Positions 14,663-26,221 of a stretch of 64,000 nucleotides of DNA are shown here, in pieces. The stretch is from Hormiphora californensis (lineage: Eukaryota; Animalia; Ctenophora), in assembly GCA_020137815.1 (NCBI GenBank), contig CM035362.1, positions 124,001 to 188,000 on the forward strand, in the 5' to 3' direction. The position numbers were made by a program, and so were the translations under genes. Every line of letters starts with the position of its first letter. Positions within the stretch are counted from its first letter, which is position 1. Below the pieces are notes generated by a model. That model ran no database searches, was not told the origin of the DNA, and was given only the letters and a program-made list of their open reading frames with translations.

Positions 14663-15372
14663 TGGGTGGTGTCCAGCCTAAAAAAAGCTAAGCTAACCGG
14701 CCAAAATCAGGTACCTTTAGCTTTTTTTAAAGCTTTTTTAGAGCTTTTTTTAGCTTTTTTTTTAGCCTTTTTTTTTTTTTTTTTTTACTTTTTATTTTTT
14801 TTTTTTTTTCTGTTAGCAGCTTTTTTTTAAAGCTTTTTTTTTTTTTTTTTTTTTTCTTTTTTTGTTTTTTTTACTTTATTTAGCTTTTCTTTATTTTTTA
14901 GTTAGCTTTTTAGGCTAAAAAACGCTATAAAAAAAGCTAAACAAGCTAAATATTGGAGTTTTTAGTGTTTTAAGTGGATTCATATGGTTTCGATCCGCTG
15001 AGCAAATTTTTAAACTTTATATATCACGTTTTAATAACGTTTTTTGCTTTTTTAAAACTATTTTTTATCAACTTTGAATAAATATTTTATCGACAAATGG
15101 TCTCCAGAAAATGGCAGTAGGGTGGATTCAGAAATTGCTATGTCTGGACATAAACGGTAGATTATGGTTAAAAATGTGCAGGAATCTAACAAATGCAGTC
15201 AAAGACGTCCGGAAGGATGAAATTTAATGGACAAGTGTCCAAGTGGAATGCTGAAAATACTAACAAGTAGGGCTGTAAAAAAAGCCCAAAAAAGCTAACA
15301 AAAGCTAAACACATAAAAAGCTATCGACCAAATCAGTGTACCTTTAAGCTTTTTGAGGGCTGGGACCCCCCC
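14663..15372. mobile_element. Non-autonomous DNA element with imperfect terminal inverted repeats and many subterminal AAAAAGCT/AGCTTTTT motifs
   Basis: Left end gggtggtgtccagcctaaaaaaagct pairs with right end agctttttgagggctgggaccccc. Confidence 0.45.
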
Positions 15373-15789
15373 CCTTTTTTATATTACTCACCGCCTTAGA
15401 ATTTGAAAGAAAAAACATCAAACGTATTTGCCAGTGACCTTAATTACAATTTCTAAGAACTGTAGACGTGAAAGTGCCCCCACCAGGTACACTGGGTGCC
15501 CGACTGTTTTGTACAATTCCCAACTACCATGTGACCAGTACTGATAAGACAAGGCCCTCTCGTGGAACGGTGATAATATTTCACTTTTCAACCAGTTTGC
15601 TGCTTCTTTGCTCCTCGTAACGGGGGCCCACAGCAGCTGTAAACTTTCCCTATACTAAATCACCATGACAAGAAAAACATTGTCTCCAATAAACTCTCTA
15701 CAATAAACTATGATGCTCAAAAACTCTCTCTAACATTGGGGAAAACTCTCTCCAAAAACTCTCTATCTCTACAAAAGAAACTCTCTAAC

Positions 15790-16170
15790 ATTACAAGCGG
15801 AGATTGTGTTTCCACAATTAATCTTGCTCAATACAAACTCTCTCTAACTCCTCTATCTCTACAATTGGGGTTCCCTCAACCAATCATCCTTTGGCACCCT
15901 TCCCCTCAAACGGCAGCTTTACAACTAAACGCGGTTGAACATGAACTATTCTGGAAATGCCGTCAGAAACCTCGGGAAATCATCTACTTGTCTAAACGAA
16001 CTTAAACAGACAACAACAAACAAACTCACTGCCCTGGCTGTGGCTGTTCTGTTTATCTTTCCTCAAAAACGGTGAAAATCTCAACAATACTCCGATTCTC
16101 AAGCTCGCTCCTCAAAAAAAACCTGCTTAGTCAATTGTCTTACTTACTTTGATATACCAACAAAACCTAA
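15790..16170 (+). mobile_element. Short, heavily deleted L2-like RT remnant
   Basis: GVPQ-like motif at ~15868 and VRNLG at ~15961, read across frameshifts. Confidence 0.3.
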
Positions 16171-16189
16171 CAACTTACAATGGTAAAAA

Positions 16190-19100
16190 AAAAAAACCAT
16201 CCCGGGGCCTACCCAGAACTTCGAGTCCCGATCAACTGCCTAGGCAGTTATGATGAGTATGAACTTAAAAGACACAACAAACACAGCAGTTGAAGGATAT
16301 TAACGGAGTGGTGTGTGCGGCACACACTTAAACAACAATCTAACACAACGGTCAACAAACACTATCAACCCCTGTGTCCCTGTGGGTTGATCTTCCCAAA
16401 GTTGTCCAGTTCGGTGGTGTGACGGAAGGAATGTTAACATTGACGTGCTCCTCGTTCTCCTGCCCGGGTCCTTTTTTTAGTTTTTAGTTTATTGTAGGCC
16501 AAGGAGGGGAGAGCTCTGTCTCACCTTTTCTCTTCTTCTTCTGCGTTCTTTAGCTCTGGCGAGTTCAGTTGTTGTCCTTCTATGGTCCTTTTGTTCCCCG
16601 CTTTCTTCTTTGCAATTTCTTCCCGGATCTCTGAATCTTTTTGCTTCTTAGTCAGTTGAGCCTGACTGGGTCCGCGCGGATAATTTTTTTTACTGCGAGT
16701 GTGACCTCGATGCTCGTGTTTTGTGACTTTTCTGCTCCTATGTTTTATTCGTGTTGTGCAGTCCATTGTGGCCCGATTGGTGTATACTGGTTTCCGTGTA
16801 ATCTCTTTTTTATAGTTTTCCTGGTTTTTTCTTTTTATTACATTGGTGGTTTTTTTCTGTTTTGTGGTTCTTTATTTTTGGTTTCGGATGTTTGTTCGTT
16901 CTCTCATTGGTTTGATGATTTTTGGGGCGGCTGGTTTGTCGTCTGCGGGTTTCTCTCTTTGTTCTTAGTTTCAGTGGGATAGTATTTTGTTGGTTGTCTC
17001 TTGCGCTGGTTGCGCCGTTCTGCTTTGTCTTTCGCCGATGTTGCCTCTCCTTCTCCTTTTTTTTTCAGTTTGAGGCCGGGAACATCAGCACTGCTGTCCA
17101 CAAAGCTCACTACTTCCAAGAATAACAATATTGTCAAAGGAGTGGTGAAATTGGCCTCCTTCTCGCCGATTTTGTAACTCAAACGACGAAAAAGCTTCAT
17201 CACAGCAGGAGCGTATGCATTGGTAATGCGTGTTGTCGGGGTTTTTCGCATTATTGGTACCTTGCAACCATATAACGGGCTGTATCCAATCACCCGTGAT
17301 AAGAGGGAGTTTTGTTGCGGAAGGTTTGGTTGCGTGGCGGCCTAGGGTGTGAGTCCTGGGATACAAGAGACTGTGCTGGTGTCTGTCTTGCCGAGTGACC
17401 TGCATCCAAATTGGGGGGACACCCACAGCAACTCTTCCTGACTTCCAAACTGGACGATTTTCAAGTGTTTTGCCCTCCAGGACACCATTCCGATCTGACC
17501 ACCACCAATGGTCATTCAGGACAAGTTGTGCTGATGGGATTTAGAGATTCTCAATCACCTGGGTCGTTCTGGGCCACGTACATGTCCTTTTTGGTGGTAC
17601 TGGAGATTTTGGGTCGTGGGCGAGGCACTACAACGCCATTCTTTTGTACCATCTCAAACGGTCTGCCGTTCCGTGGACTCCTTCTTTCTTTGCACTCATG
17701 GTTTTCTGGTGGCATACCTGCTCCTAAAGCCGCTGACTAAAAGGGACACCTTGCCCCATTTGAGTGGATCGCTTATTACCCTCATTGCCCGTTATATCAG
17801 ACTGACAGTTCCTTTCTTAATGGTAATTCTGATCGAGGATTCCTGGCTAATCAAGATCAAGTGTGGGTTTACTGGACCCCAAAAACCTGAGACAAACAGG
17901 GCATTCCAGGGAACGAGGGGTCACTAGGGGGACCAGAGGGTAACTAGATGCTAACATAGAGGGTAACTAGATGCTACATAGGTAACTAATAGTTTTACCC
18001 CAACGCATTTAGGGTGGAGCCTAATTTGACTACTACAACACATGATATCATATCATGTTGGTCAACAATCATGGTGGACTAATCTTCTCTATGCCAGAAC
18101 TTTGTATCCGTGGACACCAGAGTGCAACAGCCAGGTGTCCGGTCAGGGCTTGTTACCTGGCAATGATTGCAGTTTTCTATATCATCGCACCTTTTCTTTT
18201 ATTCTCCCTCTATTTTACAGCCTAAACCGGTAATAATTCTCCATATCATCTTGAATGATTATCTAGTTATGTTTTTTGGTGATCTCTCTCATGGGAGACT
18301 GAGAAAGTTTTATCCACCTTTCAAGGCTCACTGCCAAAGCTCTAAGTATCTAGTTAAGATAGTTACTCATCGGAGTCGGAGGACCGCGATAATCTCCCAG
18401 GCACCTAGGGGAACCTGGTGAAATCGGGATTCGGGGTCCGACATTCTATTCCCTAAACATCCCTAAATAATTCAGGAAGCGATTCTACTACGGGGCATTG
18501 TAGCCAGCGCCTCAAACTCATCCGCAAGTCCGAACCTACCACAACAACCTTGGCCTTTCCGTGCGAGTTGGAAATCCTGATGCCTTCTCGGATGATTTAC
18601 ATCAACCCCTACACCAGGATCCCCAACCGTACCTGATCGGTGTTTTGCGGGGGGAGGGTTTTTTATTGGGCTTGGGGAGAACGCATCACCTCAATCGTCT
18701 AAAAAACACCAATGGTAAATAACTACATAAGGGTCTAGGAGATAAACAATATAATTAGCTAGTTAGTTCTTTAAAAAAAAACCTATGCAGTGGGTTAATT
18801 TTTAAATGTGTTTCATGTGGTTAACATTCTGTTTCAGTTACATTCGAGTTGCAGTTGCAGTGCCTCTATGGCTGGCCTATTTGGCAATGGCAGTGGGGTG
18901 TGTATGGGCCCGCAACAAACTGCCGCTGTACTCAGGTGATACAGCAGAAATTAGCTCCGATGGTTGCTTCTGTGTCGTATGGAAGCTTGGCACGCATCGC
19001 ATGGGGAATCGCAATCGTCCTTCGGTTTGTCGGGGGACCACTGTGCGGGTTGCAGTAGCCCTTTTCTTGTACTGACTGACTATCACTACGTAACCGCACC

Positions 19101-22100
19101 AGCAATGTGGGATTGCTGTTTCTGACACAGACAAACACGATACACCGCTTCCGAGCCAAACTAAAACTACCAAACAAGAAAATACTCATAAATGCAGCCA
19201 CTTTTTCTCTCTCTCTTCTACTCTACTCAATCTCATACATAACTCATCTCCTCAAATGCGGGGCTCTCTAGCAGAGTCCTCCGGACTCATTTAGTCCGCC
19301 AGCATCTAGGAAGCCACATTGCTGAGACGTAAGGCTGGATCTCAGACTAAAGCTCATGCTATCTTCGATCACAACTGCACGGGCATAGAAGTGAACTCCT
19401 CTCAGCAGAACTGTCTACATAAACCAGAACTCACTCTAGTGTTCTCTATCAACTCCAAACTCTCATTCTCTCTCGACTCTTCTCATTCTTCTAAGTGTCT
19501 CTCGAACCGAACTCGAGATCTCTGGAACTCGCACTCGCAGGAACTGCCTCTCATGACTGCCATCCTCCAGGAACTGTCTCGGAACTGAAACAAAAAAAAA
19601 AGGGTCCTCTCCCTCTTGTGTGCGCGCTGACCACACCCGGTCCTTTCTCCTCCACACGTTCTCCGTCTCCAATCCAGGGCGTAGGTAGTTCCCCTTGTCC
19701 TCACACTATCGTTAGATCTTCTGGAGTCGGATTGGTTTGCTGCGGATACTACGATTGTCAGACAAAAGCAGCTATTGTCCTACCTGGTACAAGCGGCATA
19801 CCAGATCAAAACCACACCCGTAGTGAAGTTTCTCTTTCAGAATAATCAGCCTTTTCCTTCTCCTCCGGGACAAATGCATCTAATCCGGTCAATACAATAA
19901 CTCAGACGCAGTGTCTAACAATACTGTAGCGGTGAACAATGAATAACCGCGCTTTATTACCACAACAGACAAACCAAGCCGAAAGCCAACACCAACTCAC
20001 ATTCGGATGATAAACATACATACCTAACCGACAACCATGCATAAGTGGATCAGGCTGCCAAGTTTCAGCTGATGCCACATCCCCCTCTCTCCGAGAAGAA
20101 GACCTGCAGGTTCATTCCATACGCTTTTAAACAAAGTACCCTGTGGAAAACGAAATAAAACCTATCCGAAATCAAAACACCACCATAGTCTATTTTTAAT
20201 TTTGTAACCCCAGCAGCGGCTGAGGTAACATCCATCCATCCGGGATCTAGTTCTGTTGGCCGCGGTACTCACCTGACATTACTGCATCTTTTACCCATCA
20301 TTCGGTACACTGCGTGCTTACTTCCTTTTGCTTGTGCCCTTCGACCTACTCAGGGATCCTGGTCACCACATTGTCATTTGTTCATAGTTTTGGCGGTTTT
20401 ATTAAGTCCTCTAGTCTCACCTAGACCAGTGTTCTCCAGGAACCATCATTTAGTGATTTTACCTAAAACCTATCGTCGCTCTATGTAAGGTTCAACTTCG
20501 CTGGGAAGCGCCTAATATATGTCTAACGCTACACATCCCACAATTGCATCCTTTAATCTTCATAATTACTACAACAAACTACTCTAACAACATTATATCG
20601 CAGACAGGCAATACTAAAAGACTCCCGATTTCGCCGGAAATCCACCAGATCGCTTCTGTGCAACATCATTATAATCCGTAACAGAACAAAAACAATACCG
20701 CGGGGAAACTTAACAAGACTTTGACCTGCTTCAGTGCGGGGTTAATCAGACCTCTCAGAGTACTCCAGCTTTTGGGCCCCCTTGCTAATGAACCGACGAA
20801 AAAACACATCTACAACTCATGCTTCTCTCTCCTCACACTTCACTACACTTAAAAACTCCAAGTCCACCTATACACAAAACTAAAAAAACTTACAACAATA
20901 ACAAACACCAATCTAACAAATCTTCGTCTCGAACTCTCAATCCTCTCCTCTTCACAGAGACAAAAACCCTACACTATACACTACCACTACACAATCAACT
21001 ACAAGACCTCAGGTTCCGGACTACACATCGCCCATCAGAGCAACAACAAATGCGCAGGGGAGGTGCAGCGGTAAGATCGGTACGGAGTACACAGCGATAA
21101 TGCTGAGAATCCATCATATTCCGGGCCCCGGCTTAAGACGGGGGAAAGCGACACACATACTACTTGGGCGACTCAGGAGGTGCATGCCTATGATTGAATC
21201 AGATGGGCGCGCCGGGTGGCCAACTGGTTCGGGACCAGTCCCGCACCGCATGGCCAGTGCCATAATACGAGACCATCTGCTCACACCGCGAAGGCAAAAT
21301 GAAAGACTTATTCTGTTAGCGGTCCCACCACAGGACCAATCAACACCAAAGCTCTCCTACAAGCGAACCATTCCAGTATCTGGCCCCTGGGCTCGTATAA
21401 ACACACAGGCCCCTAATCAAACTTCAGAACGGTCTCCGATTGACTCGTTTCTCTCTCTCCCAGGCGTTCACCGCCCATCCCCAGGCTTGAAGCAAACCAC
21501 CTAACAACACCTCTCAGGAAACGTCTACTCTGCGTTCGCCAAGTCCTGGTCCGCTCTGCACATTCAAAAATCCTCAAAATCTTCAATACCATATCTCTTC
21601 GTGGATTCACCCGTGTATCCCTCCGGCTCACTCCTACCGTGGGCCATTTCTTTTCTAGACAACTCAAGACAATTCCAAATCTAGATGACGTACAACACTC
21701 TTACACGTCCTTCTAAGCTCACACACAAACTCACTAACACACCATACCACAATCTGTGCTTAATCAAATCCAACCAAGATACACCCAAACCCGAAGCAAC
21801 ACAAGATTAGCAGCGAAAATCAACTCAGACACTACTAACCTGGCTATAGCCAAGCCAATTACTGAATCGAACTGCTTCACTTCCAGTCATCCTCACCCCT
21901 TTATCACCAAGGTCTTCTCATTCTCAGAAATCGAACTACAGAGTCCTAGATCGTATCAGATGCCATCTACCATTTCCAAGCATCAGGATTCCGTATGCTG
22001 CTCAGTACCGACTTGCTCCAAAGACATCCTCCGAGATCCCCTGAAACGAGCCTTAGGACCGACTACATACGAGCACACGTACCGTGTCTACTATAACTGC

Positions 22101-24600
22101 ATAGCGGACTTCCCTCGCCCCCGGGGAGGATGTGCGAAAAGAGGAGCCGTCTAGTGCCCTGTCCTACCCAATCCGACCCTCGATACAGGCCGGTAACGAG
22201 ATATATCCTGGAATTACCGGATTTCCAAAACTTTTCAGCCAAGCGTAAGTGAACTCGGATTCGCCCAAATCTCCTTCCATTGTCACGAGCAAGTCGAGCA
22301 GTTTACACACCATCAGGCAATCCACACCGACCAGTTCAGGAAAAATTTAGCCTATTTCAGACAATCGAGACATATTGTTCCTCAGAGCACAATGACACTG
22401 AAACGTGTATTTCCACATTCTGCGAAATAACCATCATACCTCCGGGCGACCCGCGACATACGGAAGTCGAACCAAAAGGGCGGGGAATAAAACACAAGCG
22501 GATCACTCTTTCTGGCCTCCGGCTCTGCGGGACAGCAGCAATCCCTTCTTCATCAGGGAAAATGGGCATATTTGCTGTAAATCAGTTTCAGCTCTCATAT
22601 CATATCACAAATCTTACCTTCGGCTTACCACGAGTCAACGGGACTTACGATCAAATGCAAGACAATCATCATCAAACCCCTCGGGGCCTACGGGACACGA
22701 CAGCTCACAGCAATCCCTAGCTGAAAACGGTTTGTTAGCTAAACTCATCAGATCAGAATTCTCTTACCTCCGGGCAACAGCACAGTACGAAAACATAACA
22801 ATTTTCAAAACGGGAACGACAACCCCACGACATACCATCTTAATAGCCTCCGGTCTACTACGAACCAAATACACATGATATACAACCAATATCAGGGAAC
22901 AACCGAGCGATGACCTTTTCTCCGGCCCTCCGGGCTCTACGGACACAGCAATCCCACCGAAGCCACCATTTTGTGCGTGTTGCAGAGTAGTCCTTATTCT
23001 GTACTGACTGAACTATCAACAACCGCACAAGGAAGTGATTGCTGTGTACATTTCTGACAAAGACAAAAAGATACAACCGTGATTCCGAGCAATAACTTAA
23101 AACTAAACCGAAACACTAAAATACCTCATAAATGCAGCCACTTTTTTCTCTCTCCTCTCTCTAACTCTTACTCATCTCATACATATCCAAAAACCCATAC
23201 TCTCCAATTGCTGGGGCTCTCTATGCAGAAGTCCATCCGGACTCATTTAGTCCCACATCTTCTAGGAAGCCACATTGCTTAGACCAAGGCTGGATCTCAG
23301 ACTAAAGCTCAGGCTATGCTTCAGATCACAGGACTGACTCAATAGAATTGAACTCGCGGGCCCCCCCAGTCAGACTGTCTCCATACAGAAATCACCTAGT
23401 GTCTCTATCAACTCCAACTCCTCAGTCTCCTCTCAGGCACGTCTCTCATCTCTTAAGTGGTCTCTCGAAGCAGAACTCGAGATCTTCTGGAATCTCGCAC
23501 GTTCGCAGGGGAACTGGGCCTCTCAGGAACTGCCGCTCAGGAACTTCGTGGAACTGACATTTCCTCCCTCTCCTCGTGTACCAGTCTGACCCACACCCCG
23601 TCTTCTCCTCACATCTTTCTCCGTCCTCCAACCAGGGCGTAGGTAGTTCCCCATTGTCTCCAACTATCGGTAGATCTCTGGACAGCTGATTGGTGGCTGG
23701 CGGACTACTACGATTGTCAACAAAGCACTATTGTCTACTTGGTACAATCGGCATACCAATCAAAAACCCCCCGTGTTGAAGTTTGCTCTTTCCGAAATAA
23801 TCGCCTTTTCTTCTCCTCCGGAACAATTTTGGGGGGGCCAAAACAATTCTAATCCGGTCAATACAAAATAACCTCAGACTGCGTGTCCTACCAATACTGG
23901 TAGCTGTAACCCATGATAACCAGGTTTATTACCAGCAACAGACCAACAAGCCGAAAGCCACAACAAACTCACAATTCAGATGATAAACATACATGGGAAA
24001 CTATACCAGACAAACTGCTAGTGGATCATCTGCCCGTTTCAGCTGATGCCACAACACATGTTGTAGCTGGTTAACCAGTACCCTCAGTGCATTATAATAA
24101 TATTAGTTAATTAGGCGCATTGAGAACATGCATGTTCCAATTGACTAAACATGTTACCTAACATCTTTCCAATTCCAGATTCTACTGTGTCAGTGTTCGT
24201 TGGGTGGATTTTTATTAACCCCCTGCTCTCTACTGTTGGGTTTCCATGGGAACCCCCCTTCATAATGGTACCATGGTACCCTTTTCCATTCCAGGTGCTG
24301 CTGTGTCAGTGTTTTTCGCTGGCGGATTTATAAACCCGCTCCCCAGCCATGAATAATACAGGGAGTCGCAGGGTAGTCTTCCATTCCCTTCATGTGTGCA
24401 TCCCCAAAAACAAAACCGTTGTGGGTGATAATTATCGAGATCAATTTCTTACCGAAAATATGTTTCATCTTAGAATACAGGTACTCCAGAGTTCATGCAG
24501 GGTCGTCTCTCCTTGGAACTGCGCAACGGTGGTGTGTAAACAGCTGGCGTGGAACGTGTACTGACCATTCTACAAGCAGTGCGCTATAAATAACGGGTAA
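16190..24600 (+). pseudogene. NRF-6 / O-acyltransferase-like (NRF + Acyl_transf_3) multi-exon gene, frameshifted in this sequence (pseudogene or consensus errors), split by a Penelope-like insertion
   Basis: Motifs occur in the expected order: LGSYDE (~16240, NRF domain); DG..RFSITWVVLGH (~17535); SVDSFFL..GFLVAYLL and RYIRLT (17670-17810); WWTNLLY (~18072); YL.ND.QFYIIAP (~18155); IYINPYTRIP.YLIG (~18595); YGSLARIAWG (~18980); GGFINPL (~24320). Confidence 0.7.
19075..24050 (+). mobile_element. Penelope-like retroelement (RT + GIY-YIG) in partial-tandem arrangement, degraded
   Basis: A ~1 kb direct repeat links 19075-20080 and 23000-24050. RT-like DDLF (~22910), FLD (~23052, ~19130) and YL...SH are present. 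GIY-YIG-like C...IVYL (~19755) and IHTL.TKVP.G (~20115) follow. Confidence 0.6.
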
Positions 24601-24838
24601 AATTTAGTGGGATGCATGTCACACGTCTTGAAACTTCGGTTAGGGTAAAGAGGTAATAATCCAATAACATCACAACACAATATCAATTTCAGAACACAAT
24701 AAAACATCGACACAACACAATATCGACCCGATCTGGACGCACTGTTGAGAATCAAAACGGGGTCTGGCGGTGCCAGACAGAGGGTCACTGCGTTAATTAA
24801 ATGTTAACAATAATACCAGCTTAATAAAAAACTCGGAT

Positions 24839-25917
24839 TTAATTCAACTCAACATTGACATCCTCAACACCTCTTTCTCCATTTGAAACCCCTCCTTCTC
24901 CATTTGAAACCCCTCCTCCTCCTCCTCCTTGACTCCCAGTAACTCTATCTATAAACTCTCTAGCCGCACCCATGGCCTCATCATCCCTACACAGCCACAC
25001 ATGACCCCCCGTCTCATATATCCTAGTCTCACATCCCGCCACCTGACCCAACTGCTCACCCTGACCCACCGGTATAATGTCATCATCCCGAGCATGGAGT
25101 ATGATAATAGGCACTGAAACTTGTTTTATCAGGGAGTCAGAAGGGAAGAGACCTCTCATACTCTCTCCAATCATTCCACGTGTACAAGGTAGGAGATTGT
25201 ACGCACGGGAGGGAGGGAAGGTGTGGGCAGCCTCTGCTGAATTCAGAAACGGTGATTCCAGCACCAGTCCATGAACAGGATTATCAATAATAGTCTGATC
25301 ATCAAGTGTCTGTTTAAAGGATGTCAACAATTTAACAGACACCCCGGTACCAAGAGAGTGGCCCCAAACAACCACCTTCTTCCAGGGTACGTCTCAACCG
25401 CCCACTCCAAGACTGAGAACGCATCCTCAACCACAGTGTCCTCATTGGTAGGTATCTCTGAGGGGGAGTCCCCAAAACCACGATAATCAAATGTCACCAG
25501 GTTGTACCGGGTGTTCAGCACGGAATACAATTCACGTCTGTGTCGTGATGCCCGATTACAACTGTTACCATGGCAATATACAATCACAACATCACTATCA
25601 CTCTTATCCAATCTCCACAGGTTAATTTGGCCCCCACCAACATACAACGTCTCATTAACAGCACCTTTCAACCCGTACCTCCCCTCAGGATCCTTGAGTC
25701 TGTCCCACCTTGAGAGGGGCAGGTCTATCCAGGTGAGGAACAGGAAGGAGTTGCGGAATCTTGGGCAGTGTTTGAATAGGAGAGGGGCACAGAGTAGGAA
25801 TGTGATTATTAAGATAACGAGGAGAGTGGTTACTATGGCAACCAGATACTCATCCCTCCACCACCAAAAGGGGGAGATGGTAGCGGCATCAGGTTCGGGA
25901 TCAAATGTATACGACAT
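24839..25917 (-). CDS. ABHD12: ABHD12-family alpha/beta hydrolase (lysophosphatidylserine lipase-like), intronless, one frameshift near 25375
   Basis: N-terminal TM helix, then YCHGNSCNR, FDYRGFGDS, nucleophile elbow WGHSLGTGV, LESPF, ILHARDD and a C-terminal GH. Two ORFs (25324-25917, 24839-25375) join by a 1-nt shift. Confidence 0.88.
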
Positions 25918-26221
25918 TATATAGGAGCTAGAGAGGGGTAAGCGGAGGGAGATAGATGTTGGGGAGGGTACGGTCTAGGGAGATGGAAATATTGAAAGCT
26001 GAATGTGACTAAAACAAAAATACAAAAGTTAATAAATTAAACTGACACAAAATCCTTTGCCACACAATTGTATTTTCACTGATATCCCGCGGGCGGCAGC
26101 ACCATCAGAAAAATGTTTGTTGAGTTCTCAACTCAAGTTTCTTCAACTCCCAAAACACCAACTTTATCGTTGCCTAGCTCGACCCCTTTTCGCAAGCTCC
26201 GAGGGTTAGAACATAACAAAT

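Noticed and set aside
19075-24050. LTR or DIRS/Ngaro retrotransposon
   Set aside because: A weak HVP..N.IAD-like string at ~22080 suggested DIRS RNase H, but the ~1 kb direct repeat is itself RT/GIY-YIG coding-like, which fits a Penelope partial tandem better. No TG..CA ends or integrase were seen.
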